A stretch of 64,000 nucleotides of DNA from the IMG/VR virus record IMGVR_UViG_3300042484_002006; one strand, written 5' to 3'. This document shows positions 20,801-32,200 of this stretch, in pieces (position 1 is the stretch's first letter; every line of letters begins with the position of its first letter). A program made the position numbers and the translations under genes. The notes under the pieces are model-generated. The model did not search any database, had not been told where the DNA came from, and saw nothing but the letters and a program-made list of their open reading frames with translations. The stretch comes from a virus.

Positions 20801-22782
20801 TGAATAGATCAATGGCTGTGGGTTCTTCATTGAATCAATATGAAGCTTTTTTAAATGACGCAGGGACATCTTCTGCAGTTAAAAAATACATGTTAGAAAA
20901 CTATAAAATTGGTTTACTTTCGCAAGAAACAGCCATTGACCTTTCGGTCAACCTTGCGGGCACAAAACAATTAATGGGAAATGTTACGGAGCTGCTTGCT
21001 AACTTAACCGCATCAGACGCTAGCATGTATAATGAAAAAGGAATACAAAAAGCGCTAGGAGAGTTAGGGATTGCTGGCGCTGGACAAAAGGGCATGACAC
21101 TAGCTGGCTTTGGAGAACAAAGTATGGCTAATCTTGGAAAAATGATTGGATTTAATCGCGCCGTTGGTTCTGCCCAGGATGATCTCCAATTAGGTATTGA
21201 TGAATTCTTATTGCGTGAAAGAATTAAAGGTAGCGATACTAAAATTATTCTAGATAATATGATCCAAGGAATGCGAGATGCGCAAACTGCAGGACACGCA
21301 TCTCAAGTAGATTTAGATGAAACAATCAAGCAACTTCAAGCACTTTCTGCTAGCAATGATGAAGGTAAAATAAAGGAAGAATTAATAAAAAGAATTGGCC
21401 TAGGCGCAGACCACAAGTATGCCTCAATATCTAAAGTTCATGATGTGGGTGTCAGATATCAAGCTTACCTAGATAAAGTAAGAAGAGCCTCGATATCCCG
21501 AATGCCAGCAGATGACATATTATCCTCAACATCTACCTCCGCTGAAGCAGATTCTCTTGCCAGAAGAATTATTGCAACGCATAAAGATTCTCTAGAGCAA
21601 ATTTTTAGTGTTACAACTGATGAACTAAAATTAATGAGTGAGCCTGAAAAATTCAAGCACGCGGCTATGTTAGACAATGTTGGAGAAAATGTATTGCGCA
21701 CTATTGGTCAGGCATCGCAGTTAGAAAACATTAATGCGCTAGATCTTATCACCGCCATAGATAAACAAACGCTTGGCGCAGGTTCAAGAATAGATGTTGG
21801 AGGTCTAAGATATTTGAGCTCAGCTTTCGATGGCAATATGCCACAAGAGGTTTCGCAAGTAGCTGAAATGATTACAAGTGCTAGAGACTATAGAAGAATA
21901 AAATTCTATGAAAGCTTCGATCAAGACTACGCTAACCAGGTCCAAGCAAGCTTGGGTAATAAAAATACTATGAATGAAATTACAGAAGAAGCCCAAAGAA
22001 GACTAAAACTTGTTAGTGAAGCTCAGGAAAGAATAGATAATGGTACGAACAGCATGTTTGATATTTTCGAAGCAACCAACGAACAAAATGATGTACTAAG
22101 AGCCTTAGTGGGTGAGTCAGATCAGATTGCTGATGAAATGGTCAGGGAAAATTCTAATCACCAAGCAACCCTTATACAGCACCAAATGAGAAGAAGAGAA
22201 TTAGAAGATGCCGGACTCATAAGTCCAACTGGACAAGATGGCGTGCTAGAAAAGGGTGGGACTATAATAGACTCACAACAAGCACAGGCTGCTTTTGGTG
22301 ATGATTATAATTTAACGGATGACATTATTAGATCTGTTAATGACTTAGATAATGGATTAGTGGAGAATAAAGCTGTATATAAAAGAATAGGCGAAAAAAT
22401 GGGAGATCTTAAAGATCTTTTTAAAAACCCCACTATCAGGAAAAGTACCCTAGCATTAGGCGCTCTTATAATGGGAAGCTTCGCCTACACAGCGATTAGG
22501 GACAGGACTCATGAAGATATGACAGGACCTCCCCTATTGCCAGGTGGATCAGCCTATGAAAGCGGTTTTCCAAATCGAGTTCCCGAAATTGGCACTTTTG
22601 GTGGACCAGGTTATGATCCTGGCGTTAGCTATAAGGTAAATCTATATGGAGACCAAGACACCGTAAGAAGATTTAATGCTGCTGCCGGAGGGTTAGTTAA
22701 TGGCAATATTAACACTACTATGTATAATAGAATCCCCGATGTGGCTCAAGATCCATATACAAGAATGGCAGCCAATTATTAA
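17887..22782 (+). CDS. Tape-measure-like giant protein 2 (1631 aa) with putative two-barrel RNA-polymerase-like region and C-terminal transmembrane segment
   Basis: Overlaps the upstream stop by 1 nt. Motifs YDGSDLIN (368-375), R444/K454, SKMGFK (474-479), NPTMMNMM...VLPDTYRFAIDSE (596-634), LGGFDLDDK (698-706), FRQP (736-739). Hydrophobic stretch LALGALIMGSFAYTAI near 22450-22497. Confidence 0.5.
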   Translation: MVNINEMYKTLPQRMAAARSALMRTTYGMGGVIKIEPDGDEIKYVLTATGESFKNVDRAFNAAASLHVTQVNPLLKPKLGNKVSGMAEIMEDIRGKASNFNAGQIQMLQNAGIDVNAIKDMQVDLLTMHADKGGVKGVASRIQTLRDRGTLHGITIMDDEGARMLNMRVGQKMLTSYQSNLLLSITGHDMLDPELFSAIMGKGTSPSESLIKQLMKVGKRFRSLASEREVSLAGNDLASFIGGKLKAEDFHKSMLVVDPQYELLQKMAHGSAYDFGGGKKGAELAAYYKNAEAEDFIGSIMGKLSTNEQDELKNVIKSGNFTYGGRGKFASDQLMTHLKDNFITVNGVVDQNREKIVKEMFDNIEYAYDGSDLINSKNIDGYIKNMQKRASRIRKQIDDSQKGIRPLTAEKMEELAMELKDVSNIERQVSRAKNTGGLEQFTGRGHSEKYGDIKTAFQSVEFDPKLNKYSMIVSKMGFKGELGLAGESNILNLSGMGAGRDLVYADPVSTAFHPEIFADPDTIKAMEKRSQAILQEFEGAIKSGTVPKRVRAMLEQAAERDISHLPSYARGSAQRNREFAKAITDMINRGISPNQNPTMMNMMHTFFATEAFREKGNFVQAVLPDTYRFAIDSEAVLMGTKKGKMLLNKGRGYEKISMSGLNAAQEAALASQDILKFRVSGHKMMLSADAIGQFRHALGGFDLDDKALPKLLTYEQKIADGQGGFRTVNRLGFNIFRQPSGPEELIFARMNMDQETIRGLFGGGDDVFAVKHFRDALDHLQSTTTPKDELHKTYSNLQNILDKKHLKLDKSGNVIKDKYGKAMEAELSPKYFQEYEQAIYNVFERLEADGVTQLQRMSPEMAAKIAQYGSSSLKTSELAFEPRYTREGVFKAFTKEGAFDMSEELLSTMRANNVDQATINKLSRAKNFDEMLNLMQADYKSNPAVRAAFASSIEELGIKKSIEGADILGLYVNRSMAVGSSLNQYEAFLNDAGTSSAVKKYMLENYKIGLLSQETAIDLSVNLAGTKQLMGNVTELLANLTASDASMYNEKGIQKALGELGIAGAGQKGMTLAGFGEQSMANLGKMIGFNRAVGSAQDDLQLGIDEFLLRERIKGSDTKIILDNMIQGMRDAQTAGHASQVDLDETIKQLQALSASNDEGKIKEELIKRIGLGADHKYASISKVHDVGVRYQAYLDKVRRASISRMPADDILSSTSTSAEADSLARRIIATHKDSLEQIFSVTTDELKLMSEPEKFKHAAMLDNVGENVLRTIGQASQLENINALDLITAIDKQTLGAGSRIDVGGLRYLSSAFDGNMPQEVSQVAEMITSARDYRRIKFYESFDQDYANQVQASLGNKNTMNEITEEAQRRLKLVSEAQERIDNGTNSMFDIFEATNEQNDVLRALVGESDQIADEMVRENSNHQATLIQHQMRRRELEDAGLISPTGQDGVLEKGGTIIDSQQAQAAFGDDYNLTDDIIRSVNDLDNGLVENKAVYKRIGEKMGDLKDLFKNPTIRKSTLALGALIMGSFAYTAIRDRTHEDMTGPPLLPGGSAYESGFPNRVPEIGTFGGPGYDPGVSYKVNLYGDQDTVRRFNAAAGGLVNGNINTTMYNRIPDVAQDPYTRMAANY

Positions 22783-22794
22783 GGTTAGGTATTT

Positions 22795-23238
22795 ATGATT
22801 TTTGGTGCAGGCGATCAGAACAAAAGGCTTAGTAGCGCAGCTGGTCGTCCCAAAGATACATCTCATAGGAAAGAAAATTCGAATACCTACTCAGCCAAGA
22901 TTTCTTCTAGTAAGTCTTCTGTGGCTAAAACCGTCGGTGAATCAAAAGTCACTGTTAGAAAATCTAATTCAGATAAGCTAAGAGGCTCATACGAAGGTTT
23001 GCAACACAGCTCTTCTACTGTCTTACAGATGAATGGTGTGGGATATGATAATAAGTCCCTGCAAAACGCGCGTTATAACAAAAATCAAATATCTCATAAT
23101 AATCATAGGTTTAACTTTAATATGTCACCTGTTGATAAAAATTATAGTATAATGGATAATTACAGTTCTATGTCTGCGACTGGATCATCTAGCAATAAAA
23201 TTAGCAATATAGTTAAAAATAATATGATGTTTAAATAG
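22795..23238 (+). CDS. Hypothetical basic, Ser/Asn/Lys-rich low-complexity protein (147 aa)
   Basis: ORF fills the gap between two giant genes and is in frame with the hub gene across a single TAG. Confidence 0.6.
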   Translation: MIFGAGDQNKRLSSAAGRPKDTSHRKENSNTYSAKISSSKSSVAKTVGESKVTVRKSNSDKLRGSYEGLQHSSSTVLQMNGVGYDNKSLQNARYNKNQISHNNHRFNFNMSPVDKNYSIMDNYSSMSATGSSSNKISNIVKNNMMFK

Positions 23239-23247
23239 GAAAATTAC

Positions 23248-26200
23248 ATGGCTATTAATAATACTTCTAAAGATTACATAAAAGGTATCGTAGAAAATGA
23301 TGATCTTTATTTTTGGCTATATGATTTTTTAAATCCGGATAATAAAACCAGCACTGCTGGAACAAAAGAACAGATAAGAGAATTTTTTCTATACGGAACA
23401 ATTGACGGAGATGATGTAAACGGCTTTAGTATCGCTGCCGGTGGCAATATTATCGCACTACAAGAAAGTGATCCTTATTCTGTCGCCGTCTTTAACTATT
23501 GTATATCTATGGCAGTGGTTGGAGCTGAAGTTTCAAATGTGGCAATTGTTCCAAAAGAATATGAGGCAGTAGCTCAAGCTACGGCAGCAATATTTCAGGG
23601 ATTTGAATTAAGTTCTTTCCCAGCTTGGATCCCACAAAGCACACAAGAACAATCAGCTGCAGAGAAGAACGCAAAGCTGCTCAGGGAACATTTTGATTAT
23701 AACAACATAATGTTTTATGAAGATAGATCATTTTTTACATATCAAAAGTATGCCTTCCAAAGACTAAACACTTGGTATGAATTTTCTGCAGGAGATAATG
23801 ATTTATCTGAGGAAGAATATTTAGAACTAGAAAAATATGAATCTACTTATTCATCAGAGTTAGAAGTAATTAACTCAGGCGAAGATGTAACTAGTGCATT
23901 TAATAATGAAGCTTTTATTTCTTTTATAGCAAAAGCTTATAATAACGTAAATGAAACAGATGAAAAATATATCTTTGATCCCTTACTCAGGGCAGCTTAT
24001 GGAAATAGAGATATTAAAAATAGTAGTAATTTTTTCAATATCTTTCGGGGAACTAATTCACAAGTTGGCAATCTTCAAGCCCACGAAGCATCAACATTAT
24101 TTAATAAAATGGAAGAAATTGGATTATTTAATCTAGCATCCTATGCCTATGAAATTTCTAACTTCGCAAAGAAAAGATTGAGAACTAAAGATACATTGCA
24201 AGCCTCCGCAGATAATGTAGTTGATGCTACTGTCGATCTACCCTGGTTAATTTCATTGGGTGAAGTTATACAAAGGTTAAAGCGCGATCCTCTAACTTTT
24301 GCAGGAATAAATTATTATTTTCCAAGCCTATCAGTCTTTCTAGTTGATGCTCTAGCTGTTGTTGGCGATTACTCTGATAATGGCAAGGGTGGAGGAGAAG
24401 AAGATACTCTTAACAACGCAGATGACTTTGCACTATCTTTAGAAAAAGCTTTTGGAGTTACTTCCGTACTTGTAGCTCCCGGCATTGAAGAGCGTCGATT
24501 TGGAATTGGTTTTGTCGAAAGTGCAAGAGCCATTTTTCAGATGGCTTACAAGTTTACTAATACAGCGCAACGTATTGAAAATGTATTAAAGACATCACCA
24601 TTTAGAGCTAATATAGCTCCAAATACTCCGGATAATTTTCATCTAAGATTAGGTGCAGCAAACTTCTACATCCCCCCTGTATCAATAGATGTAAATTCTA
24701 GTTTTAAAACTGGAAGTCTTACTGGCGCGGCAATTAGACAAAAAAATAGTCCTAAGTTTAATTCTGGATATAAAGAAACCAGTATTAGAATGAGATTATT
24801 CTTTCCAAATTATGAAGAAATTTGGGGACTGTCAGTAGATGCGCTATCAAAGATAGATTTAAATGATACATTCAAAATTGATTTTAAAAATGGCGGAGAT
24901 AGTGAAATAAAGATAGATAAATTCTTATCTTCATTGAGAGGACTAGTTGCCGCGTTTAAGTATTCTCCGATTCTTCCAATTAAGAATCAATATTTAAATT
25001 CTGTTCATGGAATAACAGCAGTAGCTCTTTCTAATATGAGTATCTCAACTATTCCGAACTACCCTTTTGCATTAGCTGTTGATATTGAATTATTAAATTT
25101 TAATCATGAACCATTTCTCCCAATGATTAAAGATTTCAATCAAGCAATACATTGGGGCAAATATCGTCATTATATGGGTAAGGCAGCAGGACATCTTCAT
25201 GACTATGTTAATGAAGAGTTTTTATTAAAGCAGTCTGACGTAAAAGAAACCGATGTAACTCCTATGACTATTACTGGAAAAGCTGTAACTGATTCTGATA
25301 CTGACACAGATCCAGAAACACCCGCAGTTCCACCGAATGTATTTGATAATGATGTATTAAATATCAACGTAATTTCTGAATGGAAGAATGGAAACAATAT
25401 CTCTCTCTTCGCCCCAGCTGAAACTCAAACAAAGATATATTTGCCCGATACAGCTTCATTCAGAACTAAACAAGAAAAAATGTTTACTGATCTAGGACAA
25501 AGTACTTGGCAAGGACTACTTTCTAAGTTTGGCATAGATGTTAATCAATCAGATTCATATGGAGTATCTTTACAAGAAGTTCAGGATATATCGCTTTCAA
25601 GTACTTATTCTAAATCAATAGCAAATACAATAAAAGACTCCATAGATATATTGACAGCTGGCATTACATCAGATGATAAAGCTGAACAAATATATGCATT
25701 CTTTGTCACCTCGTTTATTGCAGAAAATAAAAAGATTAATAAGATTCAAGGAGATTGGTTAAAGAGTAATTTTAATACTTCAGCAATGGATTATCCTGAG
25801 CAAGATACATATGTTTTCCAAGGAAAATTTATAAATAACGTATCCCTTAATGGCATGAAAGATACTTTTACTGATATCTCAAGAAAACCAGCATCTTACC
25901 TAGACTTAATAAAGAGCGGAATAACTCAAGAAAAGATTAACAAACTTGGAATTCCAGATCCTGAGGTAACAGATGAGATGAGAAATTCTATTGAACAAAA
26001 TGTTCAAAATGAATTAGCTCAAGCATTTAGCGTATCTTTATATGAAAGATTCTTTAAGAGTGGACCTATTCAATCTTTAATGGAAGCAGCCAGAGCAAAA
26101 GGCAATTACAATGTAGATGAAGAGGGAAATGTAATTAGAGAAAGCGGTTACTCTTTTAAGGAATGGGAAGTTCCTATGATACGAGTTGATTTGGATCCTC

Positions 26201-29200
26201 AATCCGTAATCGTTAATGGAGTGACAGTGTCCATGGGCAACAGCCTAGCTAAACTACAAATACAAATGCAGGGTGAGCCAACCTATCAACACATTGGGGG
26301 CAGGGACAGCAGTATCAATATATCTATGACTGTAATTGGCGAAAAAGAACTAATTAAATTAAAAAATGTTTTTGATCATATATCCAATTTAGCAAGGTTA
26401 GAACATGCCACCGGAGTAATCGGCTTCCTAGGTATTAAGAACATTATTACGGCGCTGTGTGGAATTAAATATGTTTTACCACTTAGCTATAATGTTAGCA
26501 CAATACCAAATTATCCTCACGCATACAATGTCCAATTAAGTTTAATAGACTTTGACATATTTCAGCAAAAACGAGAAGAGCTTAGTAGCACTCAGCAAAA
26601 AGAATTAATAGAACAATTTAGTACAAAGAAAAATCCATTTTTAAGAATTAAACAATTCTGGGGAACCTTCAACGCCTACCCAGATTTTCCTTTAAGTCTA
26701 AAAAATTCCGAAGGAGATGTTGTAGGGCATTTGGATCCAGATTATTATTTCAGAAGTTTTGAAATGTTTGATAAAGATGTAATTAATAGTTTTAGTACAC
26801 AGCATCCAAAAATTCAAGATTACAACTTCGATACTCATTCCGATGGTTCTGGTGGATGGGGCGGTGAAGGTTCTGATGTGTTAGGCATAACTGCAAAAAT
26901 ATTAGAATTTATTCAATTATATAATAATACAGAAGATAACATAGCTTCTTCAAATATTGTCGAACAGATGAAAGATTATATAATTGCAGAACAAATTGGA
27001 TTGTCTAGATTTATTCATCTATTAAGAAATGTTATTACCGGTGATACAGAATTTAGTAGTTCCGCAAATGTTCAGTTGTTAACTGATTTTATCACATTGA
27101 CCGAAGAAACTAGTGAAACAAATCCATTCTTTGATGCAGTTACTCCAGCTCGTTTTCAGCAGGGTGACTTATCCCCCAATGATGCAGCAAACGCTAGCTC
27201 TATTGAAGCAGCTTTGACCGGAGCCTTCAGTCTATCAAATGAAGAATTTGTAAGTTTTGATCCAGATGAAGTTGATTTTCACAAACAGATTTTTACAGTA
27301 CCCGCATCAGATCCAGATGACATTTTAAATAATAAAATTCCATCTATATTACAAACAGCAGGAGGCACTCATTTTGGATACATTAGTAGAGACAATGGTA
27401 GATTTTACTTAACCGCTAACGGCACTAATATCAAAAAGGTCGTCGACGAAAGTGGTAATAGTAGTTCAGGAATTGTAAAATTTAGATCAAATTTCTTAAG
27501 AGACGTACAGACTCCAGAAAATGGAAATACTACTGTTAACACAGGGGTTCCTGGGGCAAAAGCAGTTTCAGAATATCAGAACGCCTACTCAGGAGATGTA
27601 CAATCACACTGGGAAACTATGATGGTCGACGCCTCTTACAGGGACATATCAGGGCGTATGATACGTGCGTTCCCAACATACATGCTATGGTTGATAGATG
27701 AAGGTGGCATGTTTGCGGGCGTTAAACTATTCGACAATTTCTATGGACTACAATCTATTATTGATTTCTCTGTAGTCAGCTCAGAAGATTTATTAGGTGA
27801 TACTTTAATTTTCAGAGTTTCCAATCTTTATAGTAAATTAACAAAAAATGAATCTAGTAAAATATTTAACCCTAATAATAAAGATGGAAACAATGATCCA
27901 CTTTCTTTGACTGATGGATTAACTTCTATTATTGAAAGAACTTTAAATATGTCAAGAAATATTCTTGGGCATATGAGAAATGAATATGTTGTTGACATAG
28001 CAAATATACGCTTGAAGCCAGGGGTAAGGGTCCATCTAAGAGCTGGTTATGGGTCAAATCCCAATTCACTTCAAACTCTTTTCAACGGAATTATCACTAA
28101 TGTTGAACAAGGTGAAATAGTTACAATTACAGCACAGTCCGATGCAATTGAATTGGGCGCAGTAATTAATTCAACAAATAAAAAAGGCGATAGTGGAAAA
28201 ATCGATGGCGGTGTTGATACTGGCATGTATATGTCAGAGCCTAGAGACTTGATGGTAAGATTACTTTCCATGGGCGCATCCAGAACAAGGGAGGCTATAG
28301 CTCATGCTACAAGAGGAACGGTATTCTCTGAAAATAGATTTGGCATTAGACACTTTGGCAATATTCTATATGAACCATTAACTACGGGGGAACGAGCAAA
28401 GAACGACGCCATTCGAGATAGCATTACTGGAGCATTCAGTATTGCCGGAAGCAATAATAGTTTCATGAATAGGGCAGTTGGAATTACCGAGGGTTTTAGC
28501 ATGAATTATAGAGGTAATTCATTTTCGGCAGTAAGCCAACTATTTGCTAATTTCTGCGCTCAAGTAGATCTTGAAATATTTAAAAGAAATATCTATCCTG
28601 GAAATGGAACCGGAATTGCTCAGTTCCTTGGTGGAGACCTAGATGACGGATGGTCTACAGCAGCATCTTTAACTAAAGAGGATAGTTACAACGAAAGAAT
28701 GGAAGGCTATCTTGGTAGATTAACGGATAGAACTTGGAATGATTTAATCTCTAATTCAGAATTAGAAAATGATGGCCTATTAGACACTGGCGCAAATGGC
28801 ACATTAGATTTCTTAACTCAAGATAATCAATTGGTAAATTCAGATGGAAGAGCTGGATTAGTAAAAGGCTTATTTGCTGGCGGTATAACTGCAGGAGCTT
28901 TTGCACTAGGAGGACCAGCTACTGCATCCATAGCTGGAGCAGGATTGCTTGGAATACTACGTGGCAGAGGTGGCACTAATCTATTCAGAACTATGGGAAT
29001 CATATCTCCTAATTCCGATGATGATTTACCTGGTTTTGATGAAGTCTCATTTAGAGCTCAAACTTACATGAGAACTGTCTGGGATTTATTTCAAATGTGC
29101 GCAAAATTACTGCCTAACTATATCGTAGCGGTTAGACCATTCGAAGATAGATCAACAGTATTCTATGGTAAACCACATTGGCTCTATACATCTGGTGTAG

Positions 29201-32200
29201 TTCCAGTTACCACTGGTTTTCCTGGACAAGAAAAAGCTGAAGAATTAGGAATTATTGCTCCTCAGCCCAAACAACCAGACCAAGATCTGGTATCTATTCT
29301 AGATAAAATTAATAAAGACTCCAATCCTCTTGCAGACTACGCGGCATTCTTTCAAGCATCGGAACCAAGTCAAACAATTCAAGATATTTCTGGATCTATG
29401 ATGAGTTCGGGTGGCATCTATTCACCTACATCACATTTAACTGGAAAAATATTAAATTTTTATTCAGAACCATCTACAACATATTACGATCCATATGACA
29501 CAACTAAAATTTTAGCTAAATTGCCAGTATCTAAAGGTTATGTTAATGTTGGCTTCCACTTACCAGTAGGTGTCTCTGGAGGTGGAACAGAAGATAGTCT
29601 AGCTATTCAGGCAGATAAACATAAGCAATTACCTAATCTTCCACCAAGATATAGCTTCCCATACTTTACCGCGAATGAAGACCTCCCTGACGATCAATTA
29701 ATTAATGCCCCGTTTATTTCTTTGGCACGTGATATTAAAGATCATATGGATGACAGTGATGGAGATCATATAACTCAAGGCAATAAGGACTATTATAATA
29801 ATTTATTAAAACTTCAAAGTTTAGAATATATTTTCTTTGAAGAAACAAAACAGACACTTATTCCCTCTGATGACATTATTAATCTTGATAACCCATTAAA
29901 TTTTGGACAACTTAATGAACAATCGACAAAGCTATATCCAGATGCACGAAAAGTAATGGTTCCATTACCTAGGATTAATCTTTCAACTAATGGGTCAGGT
30001 AGTATCGGTACAGGTTCAATAAAGCAAGAAAATGTTGATGATAACTTTTCTTTTGAATATCAATCAGGTAATTATGGAGAATTAACCTATAAGGAATGGG
30101 GAACTCCTGCTACAGCTGAAGATGAACAGTTCTATATAGCTATGAGATGGCCATATAACCCAGTCTCGCAGAGTGAAACAAATAGAACTGGCGCAGATGA
30201 AGATACTATTAGTCAATTTAAATCTAATTATGATTTTGAAGATTTATATGGAACAGTAAAAGATTACAAATCTAGAAAAGTTTTAGTTTATAATCCGAGC
30301 AATGGAAGAGCAGTAGTTTGTCGTCCAGCATACTTCTTATGGGGTAGTGAAAAAACAATTAGCGGCATTGATAGTGACGGCACTGCTAAGGATTATCAAT
30401 TGTCTGATGCAGTAGTTTCTCCTGACGCAGCTTATTACTTGAGTATAATTACACGAAATTCTGGCGAAAAAGATATGGATATTTCTAGGGCAGGGGAGGG
30501 CGACACTAAGGACATGAATAACTGGAGAAATTCTGGATTCAGACCTTATCCCATCATGCAAGAATGCTATATGGCATTTGTTCCAGATATTGTTCCCGTT
30601 GGAGTCATAGCGGATGCAGTTGCACCAGCATCTAACTTTTCGTTAAAGGATCAAAATGGAGAAAAAATTGAGGAAGATCAATCTCAAATAATTGGTTTTG
30701 GAGCTTTTAAGCCAAAAGAAGGTTCTGTAAATTATGCAGTAAAGAGAATAGCATCAGGCGATAGAAGCGGTTCTGCAGATACAATAGAAAGAAGATCTGT
30801 TGCACTTAACGATTCATTAAATGCGTATAAACCATTAGATACTTATATGGTATCAAATGTTGAAGGTTTACAATATGGCGGCAATGCACTAAATGTTGTA
30901 AAAGAGGGCGATCAAAAAACTTATTTCCAGGCCGTAATAGATGGTGCAGATAATGATTATCTTTCACTAACAAGAGATGAACTTCATAAAATACTAGATG
31001 ATGAATTAACTACAACAGGGACAGATAACTCTACAGGCTCTGGAAGAGCTTCTTTTGCTCCAGTTTATTCTCCATTAGATATAGTTAGCGTTGAAGCAAG
31101 GTCTTACTATGATGAAAACTTTGATGCGTCAGTCTCAGTTATTGCTGGAGATGGCAGAACTCTAAGGCAGGCTGAAGATATTTGGGATCAATTTAGATTT
31201 GGTTATCATAATTATGAAAGTGTTAAACAAATATTTTTTGATACCTTTAGCTTAGATCCTGATAATGAAGATGAATTCCCAGATTTTTATACAAATATAT
31301 TATCTGGATCTGGAATATCTGGCATTGAAGATTCTATTACCCCTTTTAACGATAGTAAGAATGGTTCAGCTGGAGCCTTAGATGAGTTTTCAATCCTATT
31401 AGGTGCAGATTTTATAAATAATTTAGAAGGTACAAATAATTCTTCCAGTGAATCTAGCGCAGAAAGTTCCGCTAATCAAGCATTTAAAGATGCAATTGAA
31501 TTTGCTAGAGCAAACTATATTGATGCCAATATAGATAAAGGTGGAATAGTAGCCTACTTTAACACTATTATTATTAAGTCACTAACTTCAATTCACGATA
31601 ACTTTCTAAGTGTAGATAATACTACTGTTAATAATGTATTGAGCTTTAGTCTTTCTGCAGATAAAGAGAATCCAACACTTACGGCTGAGTTAATGAAAAA
31701 AGTTAGAACACCAAAACAATTATTCTTGTTAATGGTTGGTATTTTTAGACAAAGAATGTGGGAAGACCCTTATGCAAGAGCTTGGCTAGTTCTAAAGCCA
31801 GATAGAAAGAAAACTGGAGATGATCAGTGGAGCTTTAAGTCAGTGGATAAAATATTTAGAGCGTTTATTGACCCATATAATGATTATGCTAAACCAGGTA
31901 AGCAAGATAAATTTAGGCAATTATTAGCTGCAACAAGAGGCGAAGGCAATAGTTCGACCAATATTGTTGCCGAAGCCGCAGACTCAATTAATGATTTCTG
32001 GAACGCAAACGTAGGACCCATTTTTACTGCTATAGCAGATGGTTTATCAGGCCTAATGTCAATGTTTAAATTGTCTATGCAGCAAATGGGTTATGCCCTG
32101 TCAGAAGCAGGTAACTTTAAAAAACAAGCAAACATTTTAAATAAGGCACTTAACGACTCAATTTACTATTCACTAGGAAGACCTGGAACACTTCTCAGAG

